A stretch of 63,550 nucleotides of DNA, filler included, from Atractiella rhizophila (GCA_021432655.1; 3 parts of 3 records of this genome joined end to end with filler, not necessarily neighbours in it), one strand, 5' to 3'. Shown: positions 37,465 through 50,200, counted from the whole stretch's first letter. Notes: generated by a model from the letters alone, not told the origin. A program made the numbers and translations.

Positions 37465-40400
37465 CTACTTTCCATCCATTCCAATTTCCTCCATTGCATT
37501 ATCCATCTTCATCCTTGAAACACCCTTCGTAAGCATATCCGCCGGCAGATCTTTCGTATCCATGTAGAGGAGTCTGATCTTTTCATTGAGGACGCATTTG
37601 TGGGTGTAGTGGAAAGGTATGTCGATGTGTTTTGTTCGTTGTCGAAAAACGGGATTGTTTGCGAGCTGATGAGAACCTAGGTTGTCGCCAAAGATCGTGA
37701 TTGGAGAGTCGAGCGGGAAACCAAGGTCGTCAAGAAGGTTGCGGAGCCACGTCGCCTCGCGAGCTGCGACAGATAGAGCGACGTACTCGGCTTCTGTGCT
37801 CGAAAGAGTAACAACTGATTGCTTCTTGCTCTTCCAAACGACGGCGCCGCCAGCGTTCGTGAACAGCGTCCCTGAGATGGATTTGAGGTCGTACGAGGTG
37901 GCGAAGTCTGAGTCGGAATAACCTGTGAGTCCTTCTCCATCGCTTCGATATGTGATTTTGAAGTGTGAGGTGCCTTGTAGATATCTGAAGATTCGTTTGA
38001 CCGCTTTCCAGTGAAGCGATGAGGGGTTTTCGGCGAATTGAGCGACTTGTGTGAGGGCAAAGGCGAGGTCTGGTCTCGTCGCGATCATCAGGTACAACAG
38101 TGACCCAATGGCCTCTCGGTAACGGCCAATCCACGATTCGGGAATCCCACCTTCCTCCTCATCTTCCTCCGTCGCCGGCTCCAACTTCCCTCCAATCTCG
38201 AACGGCGTTGCAACTGCCTTGCAGTTCTGCATTCCGAATTTCTCCAACAACCGTTCGACGAAGGCTTCTTGATCGATGGAGATTCCGTTGTCGGATTGGG
38301 TGATCCGGATTCCTAGAAAGTGCGTAGCTCTCCCTTCGTCCTTCAACTTGTAGTGTTTCTCAAGTTCTTTCTTGACGGGTTCAGCATCTTCGTCACTTTC
38401 CGCCATAATCGCGAAGTCGTCGACGTAGACTCCGACCAGTACATATTTTCCTGTCTTCTCATCTTTCTTCGTGTAGATTGTTGATTCTGACTTGCTTTGC
38501 TTAAAGCCCATACTCTTCAGCTTTTCATCCGCATCCCCGTTCCAGACTCGACCGCTCTGATGGAGGCCGCACACGCCCTTCGTCACTTTGAGGACCCAAT
38601 CAGGATGCTCGGGGTCTTCCCAGCCAGGAGGTGGACGAATATAGACAGGTTTGTCGAGTTTCCCGTAGAGATACGCTGCTGAAACGTCGACCATGTGGAC
38701 TGGCCGCCGGTTCTTCCCTCCAATGGACAGGATCAAGCGAAACGACGGCATGGAGAGGACCGGAGAAAACGTTTCGTCATAGTCGACCCCTTCGCGTTGC
38801 GTGAAGCCTTGGGCGACGACTCTCGCACGAAATCGGACGGTTTCTCCCCCTGGACCCAGCTTCTCCCTCAACACCCATTTTGAACCGATTACATCCTCAG
38901 GCAACGGCACCATTTCTCCGACTTCCCTCTCTCTCCACGAGCTCTTCTCCTCGTCAAATGCGTCCCGCCATTTGGAGGCGTCAGGACCGTTGACTGCTTC
39001 TTCGTACGATGGAGTGAGATTACGAGAGGGGCTAGCGATGATAATGCGAGCGACGGCATCGGAAAGAGGTGAGTCTCCGAAGTACTTTGCTCTGTTTTCT
39101 TTCTGAGCTTCTGCAGGAGAACGACGAGCTCGCTGAGAGCGTTCGCGGGGCGGAGGTGGGTCAGGTTTCACCTTCGACGGCACCTCAGTGGGTCTCTCCC
39201 CTCTTTCTGTTCCTCTCCCTTTTCTACCATGTCTGATGTCTCTTCGGGAGCAGGGGGATCCAGCACTTCGTTAGTTTGGACTTCGAGAGATTGAAGGAGG
39301 GTCGGAGGGTGAGTTTCGTCGAATTGGACATGGAGATGTTTGGTAACTGACCCGTCTTTGGGGTTGTAGATCCGATAAGTCTTGCTCTCCCAATCATAAC
39401 CGACCAGTCTCCCTTCCCACGAACGCGCATCCAGCTTCTGCCTGTTTGGCTCAGGAGGAACTAGGCTGTAAGTTCGACATCCCAGCACTCGCAAGTGCTC
39501 CACTGACGGCTTCTTTCCAGTCCAAACCTCGAAAGGCGTCTTGCCTTTGAGCGCGACGGTTGGGCGGCGATTTAGGAGGTGAATTGCGGCGACAGCGAGT
39601 TCTCCCCACAGCTTCTTGGGGAGATCGGAAGTGTAGAGGGTAGAACGGATGAGGGAAGCGATGGAGAGGTTGAGACGCTCCGCGACGCCGTTCTGTTGCG
39701 GAGTGTAGGAGGCAGTGTGCTCGTGCTTGATGCCATGAGACTTCAGGTACGTCTTGAACTCGTTGCTGGTGTACTCTCCTCCGTTGTCTGACCTTATCCC
39801 TTTGATTTTCAGGCCAGTCTCAAGCTCAACCCTCGCTTTGAACTCCTTGGAGGTGGAGAAGACGTCGGACTTTCGTTTGAGAAGGTAAATCCACTTTCTC
39901 CGAGTCGCATCGTCTGTGAAACTGACCCAGTATTCAGCTCCACCGATCGACTTCACGGGCGCAGGACCCCACACGTCGGTGTGAACGAGTTCGAGTTTCT
40001 CGTTGGCGCGTTTCGAAGGTCCAGAGGGCAAAGGTAGCTTGGATTGACGGCCAAGGAGACATCCAGCGCAAGGTGCGTGATGATCATCCTCTCCCACTTC
40101 CATACCTCTAACCATTTCTTTCTTCTGCAGCTCCTTAAGTCCATCCATAACCAGGTGACCGAGCCGGCAGTGCCAAACGTGAGCGGAGGGCGTTTTCGCG
40201 GCAGTGGTGAGTTTCACTTTCGCTTCACTCGCTTCCAGGAACAGCACTGACGCATCGAGTTTGCGCAGGCCGCCTTCCGCACTGATCTCCGCCACAACAG
40301 GCCCGTCACGTTTCACGATCCGGCCTCGTCTGTCTGCGGAGAACAGGACGTCGAAACCGCGAGTATTGAGTTTGTCTGTGGAGAGGAGTGCGCAATCAAT

Positions 40401-41500
40401 TTCGGGGTTGAAAAGAACATCGGTGAGTTCGATTTTTCTTTCCACTCCATTTACTTTTGTCAAGACTTTGACTGTTCCGATACCAGTGGCTTTCGTGACG
40501 ACTCCGTGGGACGAGCGGATGCGACGAGAGCGTGGAGAAAGCGACGAGAACCAGGAACGGAATGGGACGATGTGGTCTGTTGCCGCAGAATCGACGTAGA
40601 TCCCCTCGCGGTGAGTTCCATCTCCAGCGACTGTGTGGAAAGCCTCTGAGATCTTCGTTTCCCCAGGTTTTTCTCCTTCCTCCCGCTTCTTCTTTCGGCA
40701 ATCCCTCTCCCAATGACCTTCGATACCACAAAAAGTGGCATTTGCCCTTTTTCTTCTCGCTCTTCGACCTCCCTCCACCGCTACTTCCACCTCCCGACTT
40801 GGTATAGTTCCTTCCTACTCCCCCAGACCTCGTAACTAACGCTTCGCTAGGTTTTGAGTCTGGATTCCTTCGATGGGCTTTGAGCAGGAGACGGGAAGCG
40901 ACGTAGGAGGACGTAAAATCGGAGGAGGAGACGGCGTTGAACGAGGAGACGACTTCGATCCAGGATGGCGGCAGCGATATCAGGAGAAGCATCGCGACGT
41001 CCTCGTCATCGGTCTTGTCACCCATCGCCTTCAACTCTTGCCCCATCGTGCGAACTCGATTGACGTGATCTCGCATCGATTCGCCTTCGACGTAACGCGC
41101 AGTGTAGAGTTTCTGGCGGAGAAGAACCCGGGCTTGACGGTCTTGATTTTTGGTAGAGCTCCTTCAGCCTATCCCAAAGCTCCTTCGGCTTCTCGACGTT
41201 GATATCCCAGATATCGGTGAGTACGTGGTCTTTGCAGGTTTCGATAATGATCGAATAGGCTAGGTTCGCCCGTCTTGTCCAGTCCTTCTGCGACGCCTCG
41301 ACCTTCGCGACTTCCTCCAGCTTCCCAGCCTCTCCACCAACGGCAACGGGTTTGACATCTGTCCCAGCAACGATCCCCCAGCAATTCTTGCCGAGCAGCT
41401 TCGCCTGGACACCGAAGTACCAGATGTGGTAGTTCTCCCGTCCCTCGAGTTTCGGGACAGTCGAAGAAGTAAGTACGGTGGTGACATGACTTTCAGACAT
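37465..41500 (-). pseudogene. Copia gag-pol polyprotein with three frameshifts (about 41130, 40735, 39185)
   Basis: Gag, CHFCGIEGHWERDC knuckle, DSAATDH protease, HCRLGH, integrase DVWGP/SDNGGEY/AERLN, RT YVDD, RNase H YSDSDFA/TEAEY/ADMLTK. Confidence 0.92.
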
Positions 41501-41559
41501 TTGAGGCTGACGAGGTGGCAGGGGATTCGGCTAGATGAGAACGAGCTCTCGCTACCAAT

Positions 41560-41752
41560 TGATAAATGTTACGAGCGCGATCGAGGGCTGCAAGGTGCGA
41601 GACAAGGTAAAGCATAAAGCTTGTGGTCTCGCACTTGCAGGAGATCTTGTTTTATAGCAGAGAAGATGAATAATAAGGAAAGAGACTAAGGAAAACCAAC
41701 AGCGTGCCAGCGTGCGAAAGGAGGGTGCGTAAATGGTACCGTGGCCCCATCA
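41560..41752 (-). repeat. LTR type A (193 bp, TGAT...ATCA); partial copy at 37180-37243
   Basis: Adjacent to the PBS; first 64 bp match 37180-37243 with one mismatch. Confidence 0.9.
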
Positions 41753-41773
41753 AACAGGAGGACTGGTATACTC

Positions 41774-42047
41774 TAATAAGATTATTAGTGCGTGGCGACG
41801 TATGGGACTGCAAGCTGCGAGACCAAAACAAGCAGTATTAATATTGTAGTATATGTGTGATAAGTGAAATACATTACCTGCAAGGTGCAAGACCGAAATA
41901 AGCAGTGGGTCTCGCACTTGCAGGGCAATTCTTCTTATAGCAAAGAGGGCTGAATAATAAGAAAGCGCGAGCAAAGATGAAAGAAAGCCTTAATACACAC
42001 CAAACGTGATGGAAGGAGGAGGCGCAAGTGCTCCCGTGGCCCCATCA
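41774..42047. mobile_element. Solo LTR of a related Copia family, TSD TACTC
   Basis: TACTC at 41769-41773 and 42048-42052; shares GAAATACATTACCTGCAAGGTGC with LTR B and CCGTGGCCCCATCA with LTR A; removing it restores the DUF4246 frame. Confidence 0.88.
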
Positions 42048-42325
42048 TACTCCAGAAGAGTTGAAGGAGGTTGGGGGACAACGGAAGGTTTCGAAAAAGG
42101 CAGCGCTCAAGTGGAGGTTGAATATGATGGATGAGAGAAATGCTTTTGTTCAAAAGAACGACAAGGCAGTCTTCAGTGTCGTATGGGAGCTGTGATAGAT
42201 ATCGATCGCTGATGTTGGTGTCAAGTTGATTACGACACCATACTTTCCTCAACGTCTCTGGACGAAATTTGCAATGCCATTTCTGTCAGTCTCTCTTCTC
42301 CTGGGCAAGACGAATGCAAGAATAG

Positions 42326-43014
42326 TAGAGAGGGTTAGGAAATTCAAAAAAGTTTGTTGAATTTTCAAATAAATTGTAAAATGCAATAGGAATGTAGAAA
42401 TACAGTCACTGAGCTTGTAGCCGCAAATTCTGTTCTTGCTGTGGTTGCTGTGGACTGAGGGAGAGCTGTTTGAAGTCATGGAATTTTGAGGGGGAACATA
42501 AATTACGTGCGGCACTTTGTGGGAACGACATTCACCATCCACATGCCATCAAGTCCAACTACAACTAAGTCAGGGAGGCGTTGCAAGCCCCCCAATACCT
42601 ATTCTCGTGAGTACTATTCTCTCCGTTGTATGGTTACTAAAGTTTGACAGCTTCTCATGTCAAGAATATCCTCCTCTTCTATACAACTTTCGAGTATGTT
42701 GACGGTGGAGCTTCTAGCAGGGGCTTGAGAGCTAAATAGTAGTCCGTGCAGGGTGGTAGAGAGCATTGGCGAAGGCATTTTGGTTGACGCTGGGTTGACG
42801 TTGTGGACACTACAGGGAGAACTACTGCACAACTACAGCCGGATGCTGCAAGGCTGCTATATCTTCCTTGATATCCACTCAATCGGCCTCAGAATCACTT
42901 TACAGACATCCAGGGAGCCTCAAATACCTATTAGGATATAGAAAACTATGTGTTGCAATTTTTGAATTTCCGACTCTGAAAAAGGTCAAATTTTGAATTT
43001 CCTAACCCTCTCTA
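42326..43014. mobile_element. Non-autonomous DNA transposon (MITE) with perfect 24-bp TIRs
   Basis: TAGAGAGGGTTAGGAAATTCAAAA (42326-42349) / TTTTGAATTTCCTAACCCTCTCTA (42991-43014). Confidence 0.8.
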
Positions 43015-44843
43015 GTTCACAACCTTATCGATGCCTCTTTGCTTTCGCTTTGATTTGATGAAGAGAGAATCAGTCGAAAGGCTCGACTCACAACTCCATG
43101 CGAAAGCATTTGTGTAACATTGTTGAGGATGAAGAATGCAGAAATGGGCACGGGATCCCGTCGCGCATGCATTGACACAAGAGGCGCAATGAGCTCAGGG
43201 GCGAAGAGGCAGAGAAGTTCGCGATCTCAGTCAGGTACCACGGAATAACTTTCAGATTGCAATTCTAATGATTTACCGTCACAGTATCAGTAATGTTACC
43301 TACCCCAACTGAAACCAACGTCAGTTTTGCAGCCTGCCGCCTCCACTTCCCTTGATATTATTGATGAACATCTTCAATTTCGCAGTACTGTAACGGTTGG
43401 ATTTTTTTCCTCCTCGACAGACTTGTCAACCTCAAAGACCGCCAATTACAATGACATTTGGCTATGGTATAACACAGCAAGCTCGCGCCTTCCATGGAGG
43501 CGTTCGTGTGTACAACCTAAATGAATGGTCTGAGGATTTAACCTTTCTCTCCAACTCCACTTTCATCTTCTTCCTGAGGACATTTTAGTTTTCGACACCT
43601 ATCGTGTATTCAGTAATCGAAGAACCTTAGTTTCATGACATTAAGAGCCGCATCGCTCGTAGAGTTGAAGCAGAGGAGAGCTTGCCGCTATCTAAGTTCC
43701 CCCAACCCCAAACAATCATTAATGTTCTTATCGCATTGGCAGGAGAAAGAGCGTGGACACATGAACAGTGCACCTTTCCAAAGCGTCTATCAGTGAAACG
43801 AGTTGATATAAACGTAATCATGTTGCCACTGGGTGGCTATGGGTTGTTCAAGTGACTAACTCAGGAAAGCATGGACTAATAGTTTAATTTAATAACTGGT
43901 GGGGAGCAGAGGAGACATATCACGTTGTCCCTCACCACAATTCAGGTTTCTCTGCATTCGAAAGCTCCCGGATGCTGACTCTTAAGGGAAGGGGAACATT
44001 CAAACTTCGCGTCGACCGTCACATCATTAGCAAGAGCTAAGACCTTCGTTCCGCTGCCTCGCAAGCCACAAACGCGTGTTCCAGTCGAGCGACGCTCCAG
44101 TCCTCTTGCTGAAATGTAGTAGCTCTGTCAAAACCTCCTAACCTTGCACTGAAAGAGAAAGGCGAGGAAGAAACATGTTGAAGGAGCGGTCGAAAGCGGG
44201 TAAGACGTAGTCAGGACGCTGAGCATTGCATTTGACTAGTCCGAAGAGCTGAGCTAGGAGAGGTTTGCATTGTAGAGCAGTGGATGTCAAGGGGCGTCGA
44301 GGAGTCGACTTGGCTGTTGTTACACGCTTTGGAGTTGGTCGAACAGAGATATTACAACAACTTGGGCATGTTCAGTCCCACTTGTGAAACTTCCTGAGAC
44401 TAGCTCACATGTAGCTGATGGAAACTCCTGGAGGACAAAGATGTGAAGGCAGTGTTCCGAGTCTGCGTGTAGGCCACGGGAAGGAGGGCATCGGTATCCT
44501 TAGGTATCCTTGTCGTCGTGCAGGTGCAGAGAAATACGAGTGGGGGAGACTCGATGGGAGGGAAAGAGGATGCAGCACTGACATGTACTGACACGTACTT
44601 GACATGCTCGCTTGAGAAATTCGAACTAAATGGAAATGGATCGACATTTTGTTTACCACAATCATCGTCAGGGAAAGAGAATGAAATGGACAAAACTCGT
44701 AACCAGAACTTTGCCATTGTGGAATGAACGACCTAGGAGAGTGACATTACAGCGGAGTCAGATGTACTTGGAACCCATTTCTTCGAACATCCTTCCCAAT
44801 TGATGAAACATTTCGCATTGGATCCAGAATCTTTGAAGAAGGA

Positions 44844-45227
44844 TCAAGTCAAAAGCAAAGTCTCAAACGGCACATCCGCCAAGCCGGCATCTTTCAGGAG
44901 GCCATTTCTGACCTTGTTTTTCTCGGAATCAGTCTCAGAAAAACCTGGACCCTTCAAAGGCCAATCACTCCGGCTCGCTGGGATGCTTCTGGTGATAAGC
45001 AGAAAGACTATATCTTCGGGTCGAGTTTTTGTTTTGTCCGGATGAGGGAAGAGGTATATCACTAGGTGGGATAAGTTGTTCCTACGAGCCCAACTATTGA
45101 ACTCGGCAGGATAGAGCCATGACCCCCGACCTGCGACCGCCGAGTAGACACCACAGAATTTGAGGAGTTGGACCACTTGTACTTCGGTTAGAAGGTAGCC
45201 ACCGCATAGGTACGGTCCGAACCCCAT
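44844..45227 (-). CDS. Small hypothetical protein (127 aa)
   Basis: ATG-started ORF with protein-like composition, just downstream of a likely 5' intron; no recognised domain. Confidence 0.4.
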   Translation of the reverse strand: MGFGPYLCGGYLLTEVQVVQLLKFCGVYSAVAGRGSWLYPAEFNSWARRNNLSHLVIYLFPHPDKTKTRPEDIVFLLITRSIPASRSDWPLKGPGFSETDSEKNKVRNGLLKDAGLADVPFETLLLT

Positions 45228-45929
45228 TGCTATGTCACACCAGTCAGACTTAGTACACCGATGCTTAGAGACTATTTACCACTGAAAACTTATGAGATAT
45301 CAGGATAGCGAGAATAAATGGCCGTCGAGGGACTAAAACTCGCAAGGTAGTGAGGATGTGTCAGAACAAATGGTTATGAAGCTAAATAAATGAATTATAG
45401 ATTGTAGTTTATGTCAGTTGACTCGTATGGCAATGCTTACACTATTCCCGATTTTGTCGTTGTAAAGACCTGCTGCAACCTAAAGGATGACACTATCTTG
45501 ACAGTCGTGGAGGTTAAGAATTCAAGCGCTGCACCTGAACACGTCGCTGAGTAGAGTCATTTTTAGCAGATCAGCACCAGTTATACACAATAGGGTTATC
45601 GATTGATAAGTCACTTAGATACTTGTTTCAAGTTACACCTAGCTCTGGGGAAGTAGAAAGTCTAATTGACAAATCTGGGTTTAAGCGAGCGACCTATCAA
45701 GTCATCAAAGATGTTGCTGTGAACAATTGTTGTTTATTGTTGCCGCTCAAGTTCAGGTTGCGCCTTGTTTTTGCTTCTTATCTAGCTTTTAATCTACACA
45801 CTGTTGCTGTACTTGTACGAAATTACAGTCATGTAGTGTTCGGGTTCAGTCCCAGCCTCCCAAGCAGAAGCGCGATCTATCTGCCAGTAGAGATACCAAT
45901 ATCGCCAGGACGAAGGACCTAGTCTTCTG

Positions 45930-46100
45930 GCACGTCGACGTCATATATCCTTACAATGAACGACGAGCTAACTCTCAAGGTCGGAGACGAAATCAAGGTA
46001 AAGGTTGTCTATGCTGGCGCACGGTGTGTGGGTACGACGCTGAAGGAAGGAACAGAGTCTGACGTCGAGCGGAAAGGGGCATTCTCGTCTGTGTCAGGAT
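45930..46100 (+). pseudogene. Degenerate SH3-domain fragment
   Basis: MNDELTLKVGDEIKVKVVY...CVG...GAF resembles SH3, but the conserved W and P are lost and there is no full gene context. Confidence 0.5.
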
Positions 46101-47333
46101 TGGCGACCGCAATCAGAGATCCCAGAATACAAGCTTGCTCATTCAAGTTGCCGAACGTCTTTCTCTTTGGTAACAATGTATCAAAATACATTTACAGCTC
46201 TTCGTACTTGTTGCAATTAAACTAGTGTATTACTTACGTGAAGTATGTTATTGACACTAAGTCACGGTGGAAGAACGTTTTGTTGAACATGAAAACAGGG
46301 TACTGGGACTCAGTCGCCTCGCCTGTACTTCGAATATCATCATGGCGACGGCTGGAAGACTGTGATTTGTTGATCCTTATGGCTGTACCAGTGTGTCAAA
46401 CTGGGAAGTTCTCATTGTAAGATTCCCCCCTTTGAGTGTCCCATAAGTTGGTATCTGCACAGGAAGGTAGAATAGTGAGTAAGAGATGAATCAGAGGGTT
46501 GATGGGGCGAAGGATGTACTTCCTGCGGGCTCCGTGTGACGGCCGTTTAGAGCTACACGAATGGACCCAGAGGCATTCATCCCTTTATCCCATTGAGAAG
46601 AAGTGTGCGATTTTTGTTCGTCAACAAAAGAATGGTGAATGATAGAGAAAGAACGAAGTGGGAGCAAAGTGCCAAGTTTCTCTCTTTCATTTCCTCGACC
46701 CCTGACTCCATCACTAGCCATCGCTGAATTGGCTGCATCCCAGCCATCGATAGAGTGTAGCAAGAAAGTCAGATATCTTTAGCATAGACGGAGGGCATAG
46801 ACCTGCAGAAGCACGATGTGTAAAGTCTCCCACCCATTATGTGCTGCTCGACGATCGCACTGTTCAAATTCCAGTACAGTGCACTTCGGATGATCCTCGA
46901 TTGCCTCATTGTTGGGGAGTTACAGATATGGGGTTGTCTGAGGGAGTAGACTGACTCGAATGGAGGAGTTGCTCGAGTAATCGAAGTTTCTCGCAGCGCA
47001 GCGGGAGTGGATGGGAGGTGGCCGCAAAACTCTGACACGCTGAGTTACATAGGCATTGGTCGATGTAGTAAAGAGGTATTGCATCTACCACCCGCTCCTG
47101 GCACTTTTTTGAGGGAGAGGACCCGACAGATGGCCGGTATGTCTCTCCAGCGGCCGGTAGAAGGTATCGGTCTCACCAAACTTAGCTCCGTGCCTAGCCC
47201 GTGGACTTCCTGACGGATCGCGGACGGATCACCGCCTTATCCAGCACATAAAAGCCAACGCGCTTAGCCTGTGCTCCTGCTCCCATCCATCAGGACATCA
47301 GGACTATCCTTTGGTCAAAGAGAATACTCGACC

Positions 47334-48794
47334 ATGTCTTTCAACGCTTTCGCCGCCAACACCAAAAAAGCCCTAGCTGGGGAGAGCGGGTCGAAGGAAT
47401 CCCAAGGCCCCAAGATGAAGGCTGTCAAGACCCTCGGGGCTGGAGAGTGTGCTGTTGCTGAGGTCGATGTCCCTCAGATTACTGATCCCGACGAGATCAT
47501 CGTCCAGTAGGTCTATCGAAGACTTTTCCGTCAAAACCCAACCAATGCCGGCCAAAATTGGACCGGTTCCCCTTTTTCTCTTTCAGATCACCGAAGGGGG
47601 TACTGATCCATTGATAACAGGGTCAAGGCTGTCTCGCTCAACCCTACCGATTGGAAAAGGGCTCTCGGTGGAAAGCCCACCGGCGGTGGAGGAGGAATTG
47701 TCGCAAATGTAACCCCAGATCTCGTCTGTGGTTGCGATTTCGCTGGTGCGCATTCCATTCTCAATCCACTTTCTCTGGAGAAATGATTTTGATGTCGATA
47801 TGCGCCAGGCATTGTCACGGAGACCGGAGGTGGTTATGATACTCGCAAACTGAAGGTCGGGGACAGAGTCGCAGGGTTTATCATGGGAGCCAAATTCCCA
47901 GGGCATGGATCCTTTGCTGGTATTTCTCTCTTTTTAGCCGCTCACACGTCCTTCGAGCTGATTGGATTTCATGACAGAATACCTGAAGACGGAAGGTACG
48001 CTTGTGTGGAAGATTCCTGAGGGAACGTCTTTCGAGGAGGCGGCCGCTATGGGAGGAATCTCTCAACACACTGCTTTCATGATGATGTTCCTTCGCTCTT
48101 CTCCTCCCCTCCCAAGGCCCGACAACCCTATCAGCGAGGAAAGGTCTTTCCCCATTCTCATCTGGGCTGGTGCCACGGCCTGTGGTATTTACTGCATTCA
48201 GTACGCCAAGGTGCGCTTCGTACAGAACGTCAGCAATTAACAGCCTTACCTGGATTGTTTAGGCTGCTGGACTCAAGGTTGTCACCACCGCTTCACCTGG
48301 TAACCATCAACTTTTGAAGGGTTACGGTGCAGACGCTTGCTACGACTACAACGATCCTGAAGTTGTTTCCAAGATCAAGAAGGACTGGCCTGACATTCGG
48401 TTCGATGATTCCTCCCTCCTCCAAACAGTACTTGGAAAGGAGTTCACCTTCCCTGGGCACGCTCACGGAAAGTGGACCAAGCCGCTTCAAGGACAGACGC
48501 TCTACCCGGTCAGAATTGACGACCGCTTCGCCGTAGCAGACTGGTACGTCGCTCCCTCTGCTGGTATGATATGACGCTCATTAGTCGTCATTCAGGAACG
48601 AGTACCTACCTAAGCTGATTTCGGAGGGCAAGTTCAAGGCGGCTCCTCTTACTGTAGGCAAAGGTCTCGATGGAATCACGGAGGGCATGAAGATGCATAA
48701 GGAGGGCAAGGTTAAGGTAATATCTTTTCGGTCCCAAATCTTATCCATGCTGACATGCCACGATTAGGCGACCAAACTAGTTTACAGCATCTAA
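47334..48794 (+). CDS. Second MDR-family (enoyl-reductase-like) oxidoreductase, multi-exon
   Basis: VKAVSLNPTDWK, GCDFAG, GSFA..Y, SFEEAAAMG, ILIWAGATACGIYCIQYAK, GKVKATKLVYSI*. Confidence 0.85.
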
Positions 48795-49142
48795 GTAATG
48801 GATACCGTCTCTCAAAGATCCCTGTATCACTTCGACGCTAATGGATGTCTCGTGTCTCGCTTTGGGATGTTGGCTTGAACACGATCGTGTTAACAATGTA
48901 TGGGAAAAATACTGAAATATTAGATACGTGTTGACATACTTCACTACTTGTCAAAAGTCACTTTCGCTTGCTCCTGAAAGTAGTTCAGCGAGGCAGCTCC
49001 AAATTCCGTCACGCACTGTTTCATCATTCATCAGTATTGAATGCCATACGACGTGTGCTTCATTAAAAGTACAAATGATGGTCACTAAAAGGCTATCACA
49101 AAACCCGAACTATCGTATGCACAGCAGATATCCAAAGATTCC

Positions 49143-50200
49143 TCATATCACAAGTTTGAGCGAAGTCCTGCGATTCTTCGAATCTGATTTCCCATTGACC
49201 ACTGTCGCATCATCTTCCTCAGCCACGTCGTCGATTTTCACCATGGGTATGATGGGGACGGTCTTACGCCTTTCCTTGTCTTTTTCCTTCTTCACCTTGT
49301 CCTTCTCCTCGATCACAGGCATCGGGAGGGGAGGGGGCGCAGGGCTGCAGAGCTCGTACGCGTCGTAACCTATTCCAAACTGCGTCCTTCGTGCTGTGGC
49401 GACGACGATGATTTTGTTCAGCCATTCGTATCTATCGCTCGTCTGAGGTCGGGGACACAGGACGAAGGCGAAAGTGAACGCACCGTTTGTCCCCCGTCTC
49501 CAATTGGACGGACATATGGAAGACTACATGCTCCGATTCCTGCTCAGTAAGCGTGTGCCCGTCGAGAATCTTTCTCAACAAATGTTTGGGTCCACGGCGA
49601 CATCCTTTAGTTTGAACATAGATGAACGCTCCATCGTCCGTCTACCAACAATGTCAATGATGTTAATTCGTTGATTCGAACATGGAGGAACGTACTTGGA
49701 GGTTGTAGCGCGTGTCTGTGTACACCTCTCCATCTTTCAACATTATTCTAATTTAACCGCTTTTCAGAAGCTTCGAGAAGATAAGGCTGAACGGTCTCAC
49801 AGATGATCTCCTCCTCCCGTGAGAATCTTTCCTTTCAGACGGTCACCTTTGAAATAGCCGGATGTGATTGAGAGAGCACTACCGTGTGAAGGAACGCACA
49901 GAGGAGTTAGTTAGTATGATATCCGTTAACCTTACGAGTTGGGAGAGAGAAGCGAGTGAATTTTCAGAGGTGCTAGCCAAGCTCAACGATGAATGCACTT
50001 GGGAGTGCACGTTTCAATTGAATACATTTCTAATCAGATGAAAATCCAGCGTCACAATTGCGTTGGGCATTTGGTAGAGTTGTTTCACACAACAAACAAT
50101 ATCGAGTACGATGTCCTCAGTTTGGAGTGCCCTGACTTGCTCTGACGACGCCAGACAATATCCATAATTATTCCTGTTGCACAGATACTCGTCTGGGACG
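49143..50200 (-). CDS. DUF3237/UPF0311-family protein with charged C-terminal tail (5' boundary uncertain)
   Basis: Spliced ITSGYFKGDRLKGKILTGGGD, DTRYNLQ, TDDGAFIYVQTKG, QLETGDKRYEWLNKIIVVATARR...YDAYEL. Confidence 0.75.

Larger units (their letters stand above)
37180..41752 (-). mobile_element. Ty1/Copia LTR retrotransposon (chimeric ends), TSD AACAG
   Basis: TG...CA ends, AACAG at 37175-37179 and 41753-41757; PBS TGGTAGCGAGAG (initiator-Met-like) next to 41560; PPT GAGGGGGAGTT at 37449-37459; domain order gag-PR-INT-RT-RH. Confidence 0.95.
35406..42195 (+). pseudogene. DUF4246 (2OG-Fe(II) oxygenase-like) pseudogene split by LTR insertions
   Basis: QVLNLVDPSLYPILY, SYINNL, LTPEKPTYPGG, YYYDDENVT, EGRCIAFPN, PGHRKML, PPQQ|EDWYT|PEE...RLNMMDERNAFV; internal stops; family His motifs altered (WHVEG to WLTEG). 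Confidence 0.85.
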
